A stretch of DNA of 27,548 nt from a virus (taxonomy: Duplodnaviria > Caudoviricetes), in IMG/VR virus record IMGVR_UViG_3300020151_000971, positions 1 through 27,548 of that record; one strand, given 5' to 3'. The notes under the pieces are model-generated. The model was not told the DNA's origin. It saw nothing but the letters and a program-made list of their open reading frames with translations, and did not search any database. Shown here in pieces: positions 17,225-26,936 of this stretch. The position numbers and the translations under genes were made by a program. Numbering within the stretch: the stretch's first letter is position 1; every line of letters starts with the position of its first letter.

Positions 17225-18240
17225 TAGTTATTCCAGTATTTCTCTGCGTTTACAGTAATGTCCATTAATACTTCTTCGTTCAAAGGATTCTTCAAATATT
17301 CTACAATATCTGAAGCATTTTTACCCATTAAACTACTGCTCTTCATGTGATAGATAAATCCATCAGCTCTTGTTGCAATGATCTTATAGAAGTTTGCGTC
17401 TTTTACAAGGGCTCTCAATTTTAGAGTTTCCATGTCAAGTGCTGAAATTTCTAAGAAACGTTGTGCAGTTTTACGCTTGTCTTTGTCAACTGTTTCACCA
17501 TTGATATATTTATCCATGTTGTCATAGAGAATATCAAGAGGAGTTGACTTCTTGTATTGTGTTGAATTTGCATCAATCACTTTACAAACATAAAACAGCT
17601 TGTTTGTGTTTTTGTCAAATAACTTTTGTAGCTCAGACAATGCCTTGTTACGCATTTTCTTAACTTCAGTTCTAATAGAAGCAGTTTCTTCATACTTGTC
17701 TAAGTAAAACTTAGGAGGAACAGGAAGTTGTCTAGCTTCTTCTAAGCTTTTAGATACAATTGAAAAACCTCCAGCTTCAATAGCTCTAAGTTTAATCAGG
17801 TCATAAGGATCATTGGCAGGATCTAAGAAGATTGGTTCATTACCAAATCTCATTACAATCTTGCCCCAGAATGCGTCATTGTCTGGTCTTAGCAATTTAA
17901 CCTTGTTCCAAAAATCAGGATCAGCAGGATCAATTACATTAGAAGACAATTCTTTCTCAAGCTGTGCAACTGTTGCACGTATCTGCTTAATTGCTGCTTC
18001 TCTTTCATCCTCATCAAGTTGCTTTACTTCAGGAGCAAATTCATTCAATCCTGTTACATACCTTTTAAGGCCATTGTTTTCTAAACAAGCAAGTTGTTCC
18101 TCGTGGAACACTCCTTCAAAAAGTACCATTGAGTACTTCTCAAGACCCATGTTAGAGTTTAATGTGTCAATGAACGGGCGTACTGCTAGAGTACTTGACC
18201 TTTTAAAGGTCTGATGTTTTTCAATCATCGTTACTTCCAT
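17224..18240 (-). CDS. Conserved crAss-like protein directly downstream of the MCP
   Basis: 338 aa; 'FW', 'FLDP..DPYDLIK', 'YLKNPLNEEV' motifs; gene order. Confidence 0.65.
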   Translation of the reverse strand: MEVTMIEKHQTFKRSSTLAVRPFIDTLNSNMGLEKYSMVLFEGVFHEEQLACLENNGLKRYVTGLNEFAPEVKQLDEDEREAAIKQIRATVAQLEKELSSNVIDPADPDFWNKVKLLRPDNDAFWGKIVMRFGNEPIFLDPANDPYDLIKLRAIEAGGFSIVSKSLEEARQLPVPPKFYLDKYEETASIRTEVKKMRNKALSELQKLFDKNTNKLFYVCKVIDANSTQYKKSTPLDILYDNMDKYINGETVDKDKRKTAQRFLEISALDMETLKLRALVKDANFYKIIATRADGFIYHMKSSSLMGKNASDIVEYLKNPLNEEVLMDITVNAEKYWNN

Positions 18241-18285
18241 AATCTGTTTTTTTGTTGGTTAAATTTTTTCTTCTGTTTTCTTCTT

Positions 18286-18452
18286 TAGCAACTTCTAGTT
18301 TAAAGCTCCTGAACCACGTCAAGGTAGTTGCTTCTCAGGAGGAACCTGGGTTTGCACCCAGGCATGTATTGTCAAGCGTTAACCTGACGGGAGGAGGTGG
18401 AGTCTTGTTTTAAAAGCAGTGACCTGGGGCAACGAATACCCCAGGTTTGCTT
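18286..18452 (-). ncRNA. Candidate structured RNA (four hairpins with alternative pairings) between the MCP and the next gene
   Basis: GC-rich island in AT-rich DNA. Stems ACCTGGGG/CCCCAGGT, GTCAGG/CTTGAC, CCTGGGT-GCAA-ACCCAGG, and CTCCTG..AACTAC/GTGGTT-CAGGAG. The GNRA loop and G-U pairs work on the minus strand. Confidence 0.55.
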
Positions 18453-18471
18453 AAATTACCTTCTTGGATCT

Positions 18472-20121
18472 TTAGAATGATCCACCAGTGATAGGATTTC
18501 TCATAACAATCTTGAGAACTTTAGTAGGGTCTTTAACCCAGATAGAAGGCATAGTTTGAGTCATGAATACTCTATAACCATTGAAATTACCTGAAGACGC
18601 AAAACCTTGAGTTCTTCCCATGTAATCCATAGTTCCATTTTGGTAGAACCATTTCATTTCACTATCCCACTTCAATTTCAACAAGTAAATGTTGTCATTG
18701 GTGTTGTCAGTGATGTCAAACACGATGAAGTTATAAGAAGACAATGGGAAACCATCAATGATTGGGTTTTCAATGTCGTTAGTGTGAACGTTGTCAAATG
18801 CAGGGTTCAATACAAACTTAACGTTAGCCAAGAAAGGAATGGTGTAGCTAGTGAAAGCAAAACCAAAGTTCAAGTCCATTGCGTTAGTTCCAGAGATAGC
18901 ACCTACACCAGCTTTGCTCATATCAGCAAACAAAGAAGTACCAGATCCAGCAGTGCTGAATGCTTCTTTCTTAATTGCCTCATTCACCATCTTCATACCA
19001 GCCATACCAGTTTGAACAATGATTTGACGATTTGGATCTGGTCCTTTGAAGTCAACTTTACCATTGTAGAAGTTGAAGATTTCAGAACGGAACAATTCCA
19101 AGTTAAAGCTAGATTTGTTGTAGATTCTCTTGAATGAGTTATCCAACTGAGACCAAAGACCAGTTGATAGTCTGATATCATCAGGACCATCTTGCTTAAT
19201 ACGACCACCTTGTCCCCACATCAAGTAAGTTTCAATGTCATTAGCAATTTTACTCAAGTGAGCAGATTCCATTTTGGTTACAAATGAACGAGTCAATGTA
19301 CCTTTGTCATAAGCTTTCTTGATATAGTCTTTACCCATTTTTGCTACCATTGCATCAATGTTAGTCAAAGAAGGATCATTAGCGATGTTAGCGTCAAATG
19401 ACTTCCAGATTTCAGTTACAGGAACTGATCCATCAGCATTCATTCCACCTTTCATCATCATCTCAGCACGAGAAGACACAGAATAATGTACGTGAGCCTC
19501 AGCACCACCAACGTAGTTGTAGTACTCACGAAATCCTGCGCTCAATTCTCCAATGTCAGAGAAACGCTCACCATATTCCCCACGGGCAGAACCCTTTCTG
19601 AAGAACTTAGTACCTGGCTTCAGATACTTTTTGTCAAGAGCTTTAGTGTTGTCATTGTTCACCAATTGAACAGTGTACACAAAACCATCACCTGAAGGAA
19701 GAATATCCTCAGCAGTGATGTAAAGTTCAGCTCCCTTGTACTTGTCATAAGTGATAATATCACCATGTCCAAATACACGCTTGTTAATTTTGATTTTGAA
19801 GGTAGTACCATCTTGACCTAAAACTGCAACGCCTGGCTCAACATCCTCTACAACGTAAGGAAGATCCTGTACGATAGGGGTTTGCCATTTGTATTCACCT
19901 CTAGGGTTATCTACAAGAATAGTGTTTTTACCACCAAAAGATGCCATCTGATAAAGAGGCATTTCTACCTTTTGGGTCTGTGCCCACAAGTCTACAGGAC
20001 CCAAATCCATGGGGTCTGTACTCTTGAGCATGTTTACCAAATGGTAAGAGTCTACGTGTGATCCAACTTTGTAGTTGGTATCACGCAAGAACAGTCCATT
20101 GTTTAATACGGGTGTACTCAT
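18472..20121 (-). CDS. Major capsid protein (crAss-like, HK97 fold expected)
   Basis: 549 aa; follows the portal and scaffold-like genes; motifs 'EYKW', 'YTVQL', 'GEYGERFS', 'LSTGLWSQL', 'IWVKDPTK'; strong codon bias. Confidence 0.85.
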   Translation of the reverse strand: MSTPVLNNGLFLRDTNYKVGSHVDSYHLVNMLKSTDPMDLGPVDLWAQTQKVEMPLYQMASFGGKNTILVDNPRGEYKWQTPIVQDLPYVVEDVEPGVAVLGQDGTTFKIKINKRVFGHGDIITYDKYKGAELYITAEDILPSGDGFVYTVQLVNNDNTKALDKKYLKPGTKFFRKGSARGEYGERFSDIGELSAGFREYYNYVGGAEAHVHYSVSSRAEMMMKGGMNADGSVPVTEIWKSFDANIANDPSLTNIDAMVAKMGKDYIKKAYDKGTLTRSFVTKMESAHLSKIANDIETYLMWGQGGRIKQDGPDDIRLSTGLWSQLDNSFKRIYNKSSFNLELFRSEIFNFYNGKVDFKGPDPNRQIIVQTGMAGMKMVNEAIKKEAFSTAGSGTSLFADMSKAGVGAISGTNAMDLNFGFAFTSYTIPFLANVKFVLNPAFDNVHTNDIENPIIDGFPLSSYNFIVFDITDNTNDNIYLLKLKWDSEMKWFYQNGTMDYMGRTQGFASSGNFNGYRVFMTQTMPSIWVKDPTKVLKIVMRNPITGGSF

Positions 20122-20157
20122 TTTGTTTAAATTAAAGTTTAAAAGTTGTTGTTAAAA

Positions 20158-21429
20158 TTATTGTCGTTTAAAAATATTAGTTGCTTGGCGAGGTATTTTT
20201 CTACTAGTAGGTTTGTCTTCTTCCTCATCTTTTACTGTTGATGCAATTTTACGTGCCTCTTCAGTTTTGAGTTTTCTAACAGTGTCCTGAGTTACCTCAT
20301 TCTTTGCTTGCTTTCTGATGTTCTCCTTGTAATCATCAGGGTCAGATAGCAACCAAAGTGTTTCTGCAATCAAGTCGTAGCGTGGAGTTTTTCCAAACTG
20401 GTGGTCCTCTAGCAACTTACCTAGTAAGTTTGTTGGACGTCCAGTCATGCTTTCATACTTGACAGTTGTCAATTCATCCCATAAGAACTTCTGACGTTTT
20501 CCATCAATCTTTACACCATTCAGCTCTGAAGGTTTAAGGGTATTATAGATGTTCTCCATATACTCCTCTTTCTTCTTTTGTTGCTGAGCACGGAATTCCT
20601 CCTGCTGTGCAAGTTTTGATTGAACTACTTCTTCTTGCATTTGATCCAACTTTGGTTTGAATTGTTGTGCTTTCTTGGCAATTGTGCCAGCCTCAATCCA
20701 TTCTTGCAATTGGTCTTCAATAATCTCATTGTCACCATTACCAAAGTTTGTAGCTTGTAGGTACTGACGAGCAATAAGTTCTTGATGCTCATCATTTCTT
20801 GGATCTAATGATCTTACTTCCTCCGTTTGAGAAAGTGCGCGAAATAATCCTTTCATGTCAGTTCCGCCTTTTGCAACATATTCTGCTGCATATTGCAGTT
20901 CTTGTGGAAGTGATTCAAAGAACTCTTTTGGAGTTTGCTCTCTTATAGCTTTTTCCTTCTCGTCAAAGTTTGCTTGGATAAGATCCTTCCAATCTTTAAC
21001 AGAGTAGTCCTCCAGTGATTTATCATCTTCAAAAGGGACAATTAAACCTTCCTCAATTAATTTTGAGAATGTTTCAACCATTCCACTTTTGTCAATCTTT
21101 TTGCGTCCTGGTTTCTTGTCTGATGAATCATCTGAATCATCACCTTCCAGGTCTGCATCTAACTCAGCAAACGCAGAATTTGTGTCTGCTGGAGTTGTTT
21201 TCTTTTTCTTGTCAGAATCATCATCTGAATCTTCATCTGAATCATCTTCTTCTTTTTCAAGAAAAGACATATCTGTTTGTCTTGGTTTTGAAAAGATTGT
21301 TAACTTGTCATCTTCCTCATCTGCAGTTACGATGCTTTCAGCACCTGGCATTGGAAGAAAGTCATCAATACTTTCAATACTTACATTTGACACAGAACTT
21401 TGTTGGTTGTTTTCTGCTGTTGAACTCAT
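20158..21429 (-). CDS. Acidic scaffold-like protein preceding the MCP
   Basis: 423 aa with a D/E/S-rich disordered N-terminus and coiled coil; position between portal and MCP. Confidence 0.65.
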   Translation of the reverse strand: MSSTAENNQQSSVSNVSIESIDDFLPMPGAESIVTADEEDDKLTIFSKPRQTDMSFLEKEEDDSDEDSDDDSDKKKKTTPADTNSAFAELDADLEGDDSDDSSDKKPGRKKIDKSGMVETFSKLIEEGLIVPFEDDKSLEDYSVKDWKDLIQANFDEKEKAIREQTPKEFFESLPQELQYAAEYVAKGGTDMKGLFRALSQTEEVRSLDPRNDEHQELIARQYLQATNFGNGDNEIIEDQLQEWIEAGTIAKKAQQFKPKLDQMQEEVVQSKLAQQEEFRAQQQKKKEEYMENIYNTLKPSELNGVKIDGKRQKFLWDELTTVKYESMTGRPTNLLGKLLEDHQFGKTPRYDLIAETLWLLSDPDDYKENIRKQAKNEVTQDTVRKLKTEEARKIASTVKDEEEDKPTSRKIPRQATNIFKRQ

Positions 21430-21467
21430 ACTTTGTTTTGTTTAGTTGGTACTTTTTTCTTCTTCTT

Positions 21468-21488
21468 CTTCATATATAATCTACAAAT
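21468..21488 (-). promoter_or_regulatory. Candidate phage late-promoter motif, copy 3 (divergent)
   Basis: Minus-strand ATTTGTAGATTATATATGAAG aligns without gaps to the other two copies; upstream of the scaffold/MCP operon. Confidence 0.4.
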
Positions 21489-21559
21489 AAACTTTGAAGA
21501 TTTACACCCTAAGAGTGTATTTGTTTAACATTTTTTGTACTATATAGCTATGACGCATT

Positions 21560-24286
21560 TTACTTGTCATATTTGTTTTTATTTGTCCTTGCAATATCTA
21601 ATTCTTTCTGCGCAATTCTCTCTTTTGAGTTAAGTTCTTGACGTTTTATCTCAAGTTTAGACTGTTCAGTTGCTTGTTTTGACAAATCTCTTTGTCTGGC
21701 AATTGACTGATCAGCTTCTTTTGCATTCTTTTTGTCAAGATACTCAAGAGTGTCAATGTAGTCATTCTGACTATTAGCATCGCGGTCTTGCATTGCAGTG
21801 TAACCTGCAGAACGAATTTCAGCGACTCTTTCATCAGACTCTCTGTCAAGAGCTTTCTGCTCAGCATCAAATTTAAGTTTAGCCTCAAGACGTTTGCCCT
21901 CACCTTCTTGTCTCATCTTTTCAGTTTCCTGCATTGCTTGCATTTCTTGTTGCTTAGCACCTGTAGTCTTCTCTTCAATTCCTTTCATTACATGAGTAAT
22001 TTCAGCCATTGAGTCTGCTTTGATAATGTTACCAAGATCATAAATAGATGCTCCTGAAGTGTTATTAGAAACAGCTAAAGAACGTATTTGCTCAATAACT
22101 TGTCTCTGATTCACCTTTGTTGAAATAAAAATATTCAAGTCTCTAGCCAATAATTCAGTTCCATTGATTTCAAAGTTAACCTTTTCATCCATAGTAGTCA
22201 AATATTGTAGCCTTAAACTTGGTTTTGTTGAATGATAATATTGAGAAAGGTCTGTACGCATCTGATGTACACGTGGCATTAAGTACTCTGAATGCTGTGT
22301 AAAATAAGGCTCTGTCTGAGAATAACTCATGTTAATTGCCTGTTCTATGCCCTGTGCAGTTTCTTGTGCATTTACAGCACCCATACGCTGAGCAGATAGT
22401 CCAATAGCCTCAAAACACTGATTCTTAAAGTAGTTAGAAAGCTGGATACGTGACATCAAACGATTACTCTGCTCAAGATTCAACACCTGATAGTGTTGGA
22501 AGTTAAGAGCATTTTCTGTGTTTGTAATTGAAGTATCCAATGGCAACATCTGGAAATTCTTCATAGCCACATATGCTTTGGAGAAATTGTCTTTGCCCCA
22601 GTCTTCACCCATTGAGTGACGCGGTAAAGCATTCTGGTCAAGCATAATTACAGTTCCTAATTCATCTACTAGGATGTCAGCAATCTGGTTATTAACCAGG
22701 TTGTAGCCAATTTGATAAGGCTTCATCTTGTCTACTAGAGACATTGATTTTGTGTTTCTGTCAGAGAACACAGCACCTTCAACAGGAAGCTTACAACCAT
22801 AAAGTGTAAAGTCTCCTTTGAATTGAAAACGTATAGGTTTTACCTTTAGATAAATTGGAGCAAATCCAAAAATATCATGATTGCCATAGAAAGCTGGTCT
22901 ATTAGGACCAATCTTGACACCTCCCCAAGTTTCATTAATCCAGATCCAATCAATGTGTTCTCCATATATAAGAGTCTCCCTGTTTTTATTTTTTATAACT
23001 GTTGTGTCATAAACTGGTTTATCTGTAACCTTATATGTTTCATCAACAATAAGATCCATAAGAATACCAGTCTGATCAATTTTAGACAAGTGTCCTACCA
23101 TTCTTTGAGACTTCCAATACACAGTTGTTGCACGCAACATTCCCATGTCTTTAAACTCTTGTAAGTCTTCAGATTCGTTTAGTATTTGATAAATAATATC
23201 ATCTCCTGTGTTCATGTGAGTTTCACTAGCACTCAAGAATTGACGCATTCCCAAAGAAGGACCATTTGTGTTCCAATCATATGACTTTGTACCATCATAA
23301 AAAGAACCATCATTTTGCATCCCTTGGATATTATACGCTGCAGATTTTACAGGGTAAATAGCCTCAAGGCTTTCAAGCTGGTCTTCATTCATCATGTAAC
23401 CATACTTGTCAATGACATCTGCTAGTGTAAGTAAGTCTACTCTTCCAACCCAGTTAGATTGTGAAATATATCTAGCTTCAGGAGACTTGTGATAGAAAGT
23501 AAGCAATGGGTTCCATAGCTCTACTTCATAATCATCCTCATTCATTTTAAAGTGCCAGAACTCTCTGTCTGTGATCAACATGTCTTTAAATGCCATGTTC
23601 TCCAACTCTTTCATAGAGAATCTTTCTTCATCTACGTTATGCTGGTGTGTGGCCCATTCCTCTACAAGAGAGCGATAGTCTTTTTTAAAGAACTCTTCAA
23701 TTTCAGGTAATGATTTAAGTGCTTCAGGAGAAGTCATTTGTTGTGCTTGTGCAGCCTGTTCTTCATCCTCAAGATTGAGACCCATCTTTTCAATAGTCTC
23801 CATCATCTTTTTCTCTGCTCTTGATACAAGAACATCTTCAACCATTCCACGCTTAGCTTCCATCATCTCATTAAAAGACTGATCATCTACAGCGCGATAT
23901 GTTATCTTGTCATTTCTTTTAGCAAACTCACCTGTCAGAACATTGATTACGTTTGGTACAATTGGAAAAAACTTAAGTTCAAAAGCACTTTGATCTTCTT
24001 TAGTCAAAATGTCTATAAGCTCTGCAGCTTCGTTATCTTCCTCTACAATGTAGTCACTCTTGTCAATGATACCGTTTGCAAGTTTGTAGTTTTTCAACAA
24101 TCTTCTTGCGTTTCTGCGTATCTGTTTGAGTCCTTGCATTTCGTACCAATCAAGATTCCAAGCACCCCATGCTTCATCTTTTTCTTTTCTAAGCAAAAAC
24201 TGAACAGGTTGAGTTAGAGTACCCATTTTATTGTTCTCTATCTTAGCCCCATTTTTGATTTGCATTGCATTTACTACTCTAGGCAT
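21560..24286 (-). CDS. Portal protein
   Basis: 908 aa directly after the terminase; 'NYKLANG', 'FPIVPNVINVLTGE', 'SLVDKMKPYQ..YN', 'QRMG'; C-terminal coiled coil. The start may be the second Met. Confidence 0.85.
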   Translation of the reverse strand: MPRVVNAMQIKNGAKIENNKMGTLTQPVQFLLRKEKDEAWGAWNLDWYEMQGLKQIRRNARRLLKNYKLANGIIDKSDYIVEEDNEAAELIDILTKEDQSAFELKFFPIVPNVINVLTGEFAKRNDKITYRAVDDQSFNEMMEAKRGMVEDVLVSRAEKKMMETIEKMGLNLEDEEQAAQAQQMTSPEALKSLPEIEEFFKKDYRSLVEEWATHQHNVDEERFSMKELENMAFKDMLITDREFWHFKMNEDDYEVELWNPLLTFYHKSPEARYISQSNWVGRVDLLTLADVIDKYGYMMNEDQLESLEAIYPVKSAAYNIQGMQNDGSFYDGTKSYDWNTNGPSLGMRQFLSASETHMNTGDDIIYQILNESEDLQEFKDMGMLRATTVYWKSQRMVGHLSKIDQTGILMDLIVDETYKVTDKPVYDTTVIKNKNRETLIYGEHIDWIWINETWGGVKIGPNRPAFYGNHDIFGFAPIYLKVKPIRFQFKGDFTLYGCKLPVEGAVFSDRNTKSMSLVDKMKPYQIGYNLVNNQIADILVDELGTVIMLDQNALPRHSMGEDWGKDNFSKAYVAMKNFQMLPLDTSITNTENALNFQHYQVLNLEQSNRLMSRIQLSNYFKNQCFEAIGLSAQRMGAVNAQETAQGIEQAINMSYSQTEPYFTQHSEYLMPRVHQMRTDLSQYYHSTKPSLRLQYLTTMDEKVNFEINGTELLARDLNIFISTKVNQRQVIEQIRSLAVSNNTSGASIYDLGNIIKADSMAEITHVMKGIEEKTTGAKQQEMQAMQETEKMRQEGEGKRLEAKLKFDAEQKALDRESDERVAEIRSAGYTAMQDRDANSQNDYIDTLEYLDKKNAKEADQSIARQRDLSKQATEQSKLEIKRQELNSKERIAQKELDIARTNKNKYDK

Positions 24287-24310
24287 AATCTTGCGTATTT
24301 ACTTTTATTA

Positions 24311-26509
24311 TTATCTCATGTTTTTGAAAGGGTTCCTTGGCTTTCTTAACGCTGATGTTGATGAGTTTTCATTACCAAAATGGCGGAAAGGACTCACTCT
24401 TAATTTAGCATTTTTATTTGATTTATCCAAATTTCCCTCTTCGCGTTCAACTCGTTTTGAATATCCTCTGTTTGATTCTTGAACTTTGGCAAAAGCCACT
24501 AAAGCACAAAAAGCAACAAGTCTATCCACGTTTAATCCTTCTCTATAAGCTGCCATTTCTCTTAGCAGCATTATGTCTGGAATTCTTTCTATTCCAAATG
24601 ATGTTTTTACAATTGTGCCATCAGCCATGGTCTCAACATCCATCTCCTCCTCTAGAAACTGTATGGCGTATGATATCAAGTTTGTTTTGAAAAGAGTACC
24701 CACGTTTCTCCAACCATACTCTTGGTAAACGTTTGTGTTACTAGACAGTTCTTTGAGAAATAAGATCTGGTTTTTTGGAACCAAGTATCTCTGTTTTCTT
24801 CTTGAAATCATGTACTGTATAAACAAACTAATGTTGTTCTCCACAATTGTCCAGGCGTTATACCATTCTATGATCATTTCAAGACGTTCATGAGTTTTGT
24901 TTAGGTCATCATAACGTCCACACCAAGCTGCTACAATTTTGTCTCTTTCAATGTGTTGTTCTATTGAACCATCAGCCTTGTGTTTTGTAACCTCCTGGGC
25001 TGTCTTGTAAACAAAGATAGAACATAATGAATCAGATGTGGTAGTCTTACCTTCAGATACGGGGTCAATTGACGCATAATACGTGCCAAATGCGGGATCT
25101 TTACTTGGTCTTTCATAAACAACCACCACTCCTTCCTTATCTACTGTTTTAGGAGATATTGGAAAGTCTGATATAGGGAGCTTGCGTGATTCTTTTGCAA
25201 CAATCTTACCTGACTCATCCCTGTTTAAATCTACAAACTCTCTAAAGTAATCACCATCTTCAATGCGTCTTATTTGTTTTGTTAAAAGATGCAGAGGAAA
25301 TTTAGATACTTTTCTATAAGCAAATGCTTCTTCAATGTTGATAGGTTTCTGAGAAATACGTAACTGATAGTCTTCTGGTTTTAGATTCTTTTTCCATTCA
25401 AGTCTTTCTTCCAAGATCATTTCTAAAGCTCTCTCTACCTGAGAGTTACCATACTGATCAATACAAGGAAGCATTGACCACTGCTCAGGAATAAACAAAC
25501 CACAATCTGCAATTTGTCCTTCTGCATTTATAAGGTTTGTTTCAACAGCAAGTACGTCTTTGGCAATAGGGTTCATGATCATCTCTTTCAAAGGTTCACA
25601 TTGTTCCAAATCACCCACAGAACCTGCAGCTACAAACATACCTGTATAAGTCATACCAGACTTCATTGCTGGTAGTAAGTATTCCACAGTCATGTTCATC
25701 TTAGGAGCAATACCTGCTTCCTCATGATAGAACAAAGTGCATGGTCCACCTACACCATTTGTTGGATCTTTTTCAAGAGCAAGTCCAAATATTACAGACT
25801 TCAATCCAACGTCACGTTTTTTACCACCTTGGTTTACTTCAATTCTTTGCTCCCAGTTCAACACTTTGTCTGGGTTACAAGGTCTATACCAAGCTGTGTG
25901 TGTATTCAAAAAGTTTCTGTATTCTTCTAGAAAACGCCATGTTCCTTTTTCATTGATATAATCCTTAAGAGATCCTGCCATTTTACTAACAGAACCCTCT
26001 TCAAAGTAGAACATGTTAATCATCTTTCCTGCGTGAAAGTATGAAGATGCTATCTGACGTTTCTTTAGAATAGCAGCATGCTTATAAGATTGCTTGGCAA
26101 TTTCTTCATACAATGCCATGTGATATTGAGCATCTCTAATATCAGCAAACGTAAACCTTGCAACTTCTTTGTTGTAGATTGGTAAAAAGTTAACCCACAT
26201 GTAGTAATCTCTTGCTAAAAACCATGTGTTCTTTCGTCCTTTAAAAATTACTCCTTTTCTGCACTTTTCTTTTTGATCATCCCAGTACGCTATGTAATCT
26301 TTTGATCTGTATGGTGCAGTTGTAAATACTTTGTACTTGTTAAACAATCTAGCCTCTTTATTAAACAACAAAGAGGTTTCATCAAATTCATACTTGCCAG
26401 GTTCTTTAAATATTGACCAAAGAAACTCAACATAAAGCTCTCTTGTTTCAAACTGGGTTTGACTCCATTCTTCTTTGACAACGTCATATGTTGGTATCTC
26501 TATGTACAT
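24311..26509 (-). CDS. terL: Terminase large subunit
   Basis: 732 aa; Walker A-like LKKRQIASS, Walker B FYHEEAG, nuclease motifs ASIDPV, VENN and NVDRL. Confidence 0.9.
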   Translation of the reverse strand: MYIEIPTYDVVKEEWSQTQFETRELYVEFLWSIFKEPGKYEFDETSLLFNKEARLFNKYKVFTTAPYRSKDYIAYWDDQKEKCRKGVIFKGRKNTWFLARDYYMWVNFLPIYNKEVARFTFADIRDAQYHMALYEEIAKQSYKHAAILKKRQIASSYFHAGKMINMFYFEEGSVSKMAGSLKDYINEKGTWRFLEEYRNFLNTHTAWYRPCNPDKVLNWEQRIEVNQGGKKRDVGLKSVIFGLALEKDPTNGVGGPCTLFYHEEAGIAPKMNMTVEYLLPAMKSGMTYTGMFVAAGSVGDLEQCEPLKEMIMNPIAKDVLAVETNLINAEGQIADCGLFIPEQWSMLPCIDQYGNSQVERALEMILEERLEWKKNLKPEDYQLRISQKPINIEEAFAYRKVSKFPLHLLTKQIRRIEDGDYFREFVDLNRDESGKIVAKESRKLPISDFPISPKTVDKEGVVVVYERPSKDPAFGTYYASIDPVSEGKTTTSDSLCSIFVYKTAQEVTKHKADGSIEQHIERDKIVAAWCGRYDDLNKTHERLEMIIEWYNAWTIVENNISLFIQYMISRRKQRYLVPKNQILFLKELSSNTNVYQEYGWRNVGTLFKTNLISYAIQFLEEEMDVETMADGTIVKTSFGIERIPDIMLLREMAAYREGLNVDRLVAFCALVAFAKVQESNRGYSKRVEREEGNLDKSNKNAKLRVSPFRHFGNENSSTSALRKPRNPFKNMR

Positions 26510-26511
26510 AA

Positions 26512-26733
26512 TTATTCTTTAGGGTCTTCAACCATTACAGTAACAGTCCTGGCGTCACTAAAATTCCAAATAACTAACTTGACAACATATGTGTCTTCTC
26601 CTAAAACAATCCATTCACCTTTTCTAGGGACATTGGCCATCACTCTTGTGATAACAAAGCCATCAGAAACATGAATCACATTCACTATGTGATTATAAAT
26701 TTCTCTTTTTTCCAACTCTTTGTGTAAGCTCAT
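26512..26733 (-). CDS. Small hypothetical beta-rich protein
   Basis: 73 aa, 'VPRKGEWIVL...YVVKLVIW'; abuts terL. Confidence 0.65.
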   Translation of the reverse strand: MSLHKELEKREIYNHIVNVIHVSDGFVITRVMANVPRKGEWIVLGEDTYVVKLVIWNFSDARTVTVMVEDPKE

Positions 26734-26926
26734 TTAGTTTTGTTTTATCACCTTTGGTTTTTATAATAATTTCTTGAATAGTTTTAATATCTTTTGCTTT
26801 TAGTATGGCATATTTTGGTTCTTCACCATTCCAATAAGCATGATAGTCTTCTCTATTAAAAGCACTCCACACATTGTTGTATGTGTTGTAGTGAAATATC
26901 CAGTTGTAAAGTTCGTCATTCATCAT
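26693..26926 (-). CDS. Small aromatic-rich hypothetical protein (77 aa)
   Basis: C-terminal part of the 197-aa track ORF, re-started at ATG 26926 (MMNDELYNWIFHYNTYNNVWSAFNREDY...), 10 nt after the upstream stop. Confidence 0.65.
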   Translation of the reverse strand: MMNDELYNWIFHYNTYNNVWSAFNREDYHAYWNGEEPKYAILKAKDIKTIQEIIIKTKGDKTKLNELTQRVGKKRNL

Positions 26927-26936
26927 AATTCTCTGT

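Noticed and set aside
18306-18390. Resemblance to a pistol or other known small ribozyme, or to a tRNA
   Set aside because: Only short word matches on the plus strand; the required P1/pseudoknot layout and a cloverleaf with T-loop are absent.
21120-21250. Short DNA repeats (tcatctgaatc)
   Set aside because: Explained by the low-complexity D/S/E tract of the scaffold-like protein.
17813-21479. Longer plus-strand ORFs (17813..18214, 18607..19137, 21015..21479, 21089..21445)
   Set aside because: Antisense to well-supported genes; their composition reflects the complement of biased codons.
21503-21519. Small inverted repeat TACAC..GTGTA between portal and scaffold genes
   Set aside because: Weak stem with no U-tract; not enough to call a terminator or operator.
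18472-26509. Introns, inteins or stop-codon recoding in terL, portal or MCP
   Set aside because: All three are continuous, of ordinary size, and show no intein or homing-endonuclease motifs.
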